Shown here: positions 19,222 to 21,838 of the stretch, one piece after another
Layout: each line of letters starts with the position of its first letter
Numbering within the stretch: the first letter of the stretch is position 1
IMG/VR virus record: IMGVR_UViG_3300023371_000434
Strand: one strand, 5' to 3'
Length of the DNA: 21,838 nucleotides
Source of the DNA: a virus
Position numbers and translations under genes: made by a program
The notes under the pieces: generated by a model
Databases searched by the model: none
The model's input: the letters and a program-made list of their open reading frames with translations, nothing else
What the model was told of the DNA's origin: nothing

Positions 19222-19446
19222 TTACTGAACTTTAAAATTAAAAAAATTTTTTGGAGATTTTCCTAATATTTTAGATATATTATTTATATTCGATATTTTA
19301 GGTTCTGAAATTCCATTCTCAATATTATAGTATGTAACTTTGCTTTTAAATCCTAATAATCTAGCCATGTCTATAATGGATAAACCTTTGTTTTTTCTCT
19401 CCCTTTTCAATTTTTCTGTATATACATACTGACTATATTTATTCAT
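19222..19446 (-). CDS. Cro-like XRE-family HTH regulator
   Basis: 74 aa with LKRERKNKGLSIIDMARLLGFKSKVTYYNIENG. It is divergent from the CI-like repressor. Confidence 0.8.
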   Translation of the reverse strand: MNKYSQYVYTEKLKRERKNKGLSIIDMARLLGFKSKVTYYNIENGISEPKISNINNISKILGKSPKNFFNFKVQ

Positions 19447-19479
19447 TCTACACCTCCCTGGTTTTGTTTTACTGTACTT

Positions 19480-19507
19480 ATTATATCAGAGCAACTGAAC
19501 TTGTCAA
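19480..19507 (-). promoter_or_regulatory. early lytic promoter (cro side)
   Basis: On the minus strand: TTGACA (19507-19502), a 16-nt spacer, then TATAAT (19485-19480). The spacer overlaps an ACTGAACT operator copy. Confidence 0.65.
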
Positions 19508-19576
19508 TAGTTTTTCGAAAAAAGTTTTTTATAACTGAACTATCGTTAGAAGCTGTAAGAAAAAAAATTTTTATTG

Positions 19577-19605
19577 TTTACTTTTTCTGAACTATATGTT
19601 AGAAT
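19577..19605 (+). promoter_or_regulatory. repressor-side promoter (extended -10)
   Basis: TTTACT, a 17-nt spacer, then TGtTAGAAT (TG at 19597-19598, hexamer at 19600-19605). The spacer contains a CTGAACT operator copy. It lies 20 nt upstream of the AGGAG SD of the repressor gene. Confidence 0.5.
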
Positions 19606-19625
19606 ATTATTAGGAGTGATTTTAA

Positions 19626-20600
19626 ATGAATGAAGAAAAACCTATTATTGCTGAACGTATAAAAATTCTAAGAAAAGAAAAAGGATACACACAGGAACAG
19701 CTTGCTGATAAATTAGGATTAAACGCAAAATCAAGTATTGCTAACTATGAAAGTGGGGCAAATGCACCTAGCGATGAGATAAAATCTAAAATGTGTGAAT
19801 TGTTTGGATGTTCTATGGATTATCTAGTAGGAAAAAGTGAATTTAAAACAATTGAAGAAGATTTTGATAATTATTCTATTACTCAAAATAAACTTATTAT
19901 ATTGAAAACTATTGAAAGATATCATTCGGAATACGTTATCACATATTCTTTAAAAGAAGAGGATGTAGATTTTATAGTTGATGTATTGTGCAATATTAAT
20001 CAAAATAACATAAAAGAAAAAAAAGAAAAAATAGATAAATATGTTAATTCTTTTGATAAAGATGATAGAAAAGGAATTAGAGAATTTATAAATATAATTA
20101 TTAAAGAGTTAATAGAAGATTTAAAAGTTAAAAGTGTATTTCATTATTTTTATTCTTTAATAGATAACAAGAAAGAGAATATAAATAATATTTTACCAAA
20201 CAAATTTTATATGACGCCAGTATATGGACGTATATCTGCAGGACAACCTAATTGGGCTGAGGAATGTATTGAAGGTCGTATTCCTATTGACCCTGAAATG
20301 ATGAATATTACTAATCCAGAAGAATGTTTTTTCTTAAAAGTAAATGGTGAAAGTATGAATAAGGAAATTAAAAATGGCGCTTATGCCTTAATTAGAAAAA
20401 CTGATTTTGTAGAAAATGGTGATATAGCCGTTGTTTTAGTTAATGGATTTGATGCTACACTAAAGAAATTCTCAAAGCAAGGAGATTTGATTATATTAGA
20501 ACCATTAAGCAATGACCCTTCATTTAATACACAAGTATATAATAAAGATACTGAGATAAAAGTTATAGGGAAATATATTGGTAAAATGGAGATGAAATAA
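19626..20600 (+). CDS. CI/LexA-like repressor (XRE HTH + S24 peptidase domain)
   Basis: The N-terminal segment IAERIKILRKEKGYTQEQLADKLG is an HTH. The C-terminal segment GRISAGQPNWAEE...VNGESMN...ATLKKF carries the Ser/Lys dyad pattern of S24 peptidases. Confidence 0.9.
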   Translation: MNEEKPIIAERIKILRKEKGYTQEQLADKLGLNAKSSIANYESGANAPSDEIKSKMCELFGCSMDYLVGKSEFKTIEEDFDNYSITQNKLIILKTIERYHSEYVITYSLKEEDVDFIVDVLCNINQNNIKEKKEKIDKYVNSFDKDDRKGIREFINIIIKELIEDLKVKSVFHYFYSLIDNKKENINNILPNKFYMTPVYGRISAGQPNWAEECIEGRIPIDPEMMNITNPEECFFLKVNGESMNKEIKNGAYALIRKTDFVENGDIAVVLVNGFDATLKKFSKQGDLIILEPLSNDPSFNTQVYNKDTEIKVIGKYIGKMEMK

Positions 20601-21655
20601 TGGCAGGAACAATAAGAAAAAGAGGTAAAAATAGTTATTATCTTGAATATATGTGCGAAGGAGAAAGATATTCTCAAACAATTAAAGCTGATTCTAAAAC
20701 TGAAGCTAATAAAAAACTAGCTCAATTCATATCCGAAGTCGAAAAAGGGACTTATCTTTCTTCAAATTTATCTTTTACTGAATTAGCTCAAATGTTTTTA
20801 GATAAATACGCAAAGAATAATTTGTCAGATACAACTGTAATCAACTATAAATATCAACTTAATAAACATATCCTTCCTGAGATAGGACATTATAAAATAA
20901 ATACTCTAAAAAAACTTCATATTCAAGATTTAGCTAATAAAGAATGTGAAGAATATAATTTAGCATCTAAAACCATAAAAAACGATATAAAGCTAATTTC
21001 AGCAATTTTAGAAAAAGGTATTGAGTGGGAATTATTACAATCTAATGTTGCTCATAAAGTTGCTATTCCTAATAATAAGAATAAGCCCAAAAAAGAACAA
21101 GAAATTTATAATAATGAAGAAATAAAGTTATTATTTGATGTTTTAGATAAAACAGAAGACCCATTTAAAACTATGGTGTACGTGTCTTTTTATACTGGTG
21201 CTCGACGTGGCGAAGTATTAGCTTTACGTTGGAAAGATATAGATTTTAATAACAATATTATTCATATACAACAAAATAAAGTTAGAACTGTCAACGGAAC
21301 AACATTTAAAGAGACTAAAAATAAACGTACAAGAGAATTTGTTGCTCCAGAAATATTGATGAAGAAATTAAAAGAATTTTACAGCAATCAAGATAAAGAT
21401 GATTTATTATTTAATATATACCCATCAACTTACAGCAGACAATGGACTAGCTTTGTAAAGAAAAACAATTTAAAATATATTACTTTACATGATTTAAGAC
21501 ATACAAATGGAAGTCTATTAGCATCTAAAGGAGTAGATATAGTAACAATAGCTAAAAGACTTGGTCATCTTCCTGCAACTGCTTCTGCTTATTATTTACA
21601 TGCAATATCTGAAGAAGATAAAAAAGCCAGTCAAAAACTTGACGATTTATTTTAA
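20600..21655 (+). CDS. int: tyrosine recombinase / phage integrase
   Basis: Contains TGARRGEVLALRWKDID, HDLRHTNGSLL and LGHLPATASAYYLH, the R...HxxR...Y catalytic signature. An ATGA overlap links it to the repressor gene, and it is adjacent to a tRNA. Confidence 0.95.
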   Translation: MAGTIRKRGKNSYYLEYMCEGERYSQTIKADSKTEANKKLAQFISEVEKGTYLSSNLSFTELAQMFLDKYAKNNLSDTTVINYKYQLNKHILPEIGHYKINTLKKLHIQDLANKECEEYNLASKTIKNDIKLISAILEKGIEWELLQSNVAHKVAIPNNKNKPKKEQEIYNNEEIKLLFDVLDKTEDPFKTMVYVSFYTGARRGEVLALRWKDIDFNNNIIHIQQNKVRTVNGTTFKETKNKRTREFVAPEILMKKLKEFYSNQDKDDLLFNIYPSTYSRQWTSFVKKNNLKYITLHDLRHTNGSLLASKGVDIVTIAKRLGHLPATASAYYLHAISEEDKKASQKLDDLF

Positions 21656-21670
21656 TTTTTTTTACCCTTA

Positions 21671-21692
21671 ATTACGTCAAAATTACGTCAAA
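21671..21692 (+). repeat. perfect tandem 11-bp repeat ATTACGTCAAA x2 (candidate integrase arm/att-proximal site)
   Basis: Read directly from the sequence at 21671-21681 and 21682-21692, between the int stop and the tRNA. Confidence 0.8.
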
Positions 21693-21696
21693 ACGC

Positions 21697-21727
21697 AAAA
21701 ATAGGATACAGTGTAAACGCTGTATCC
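21697..21727 (-). terminator. rho-independent terminator downstream of tRNA-Gly
   Basis: On the minus strand: GGATACAG-CGTTTACA-CTGTATCC (21727-21704) followed by TATTTTTG. Confidence 0.7.
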
Positions 21728-21738
21728 CTTTATTTTCA

Positions 21739-21813
<75 letters not shown>

Positions 21814-21838
21814 AAATTACTTATATATTTTAACATGT

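Overview
This is an AT-rich, Firmicutes-style temperate prophage, read almost entirely on the minus strand, ending at its integration junction on the right. From right to left it contains: tRNA-Gly(UCC) (21740-21813, -), a tyrosine integrase and a CI/LexA-like repressor (+ strand), then a divergent Cro-like/Xis-like switch. Next comes a replication module: SNF2 helicase, VRR-NUC, Cas4-like PD-(D/E)XK nuclease, AAA_24 ATPase, DUF669-like protein and a primase-helicase with an iteron-type origin. This is followed by small early genes including a NUMOD4/HNH homing endonuclease, and a RinA/ArpU-like late activator. An accessory 'moron' island (7310-8700) holds a ~550-nt non-coding stretch. The packaging and head genes close the window: HNH, TerS, TerL, portal, ClpP protease, HK97-like capsid and connectors. 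Main finding: seven early/replication genes look frameshifted in the ORF track. Every break lies at an in-frame CGG codon (9 sites), and each is repaired by a +1 move onto GGA or GGG. I found no CGG codon read through normally in any ORF of the window. This points to systematic +1 recoding at a hungry or unassigned CGG codon, or quadruplet decoding, rather than random decay or sequencing error. Secondary findings are a candidate structured RNA locus, a G+C-rich promoter-gene-terminator moron encoding a 42-aa DnaJ-type zinc-finger peptide, iterons, a candidate cos region and the switch operators. No CRISPR array, rRNA or recognisable defence system was seen.
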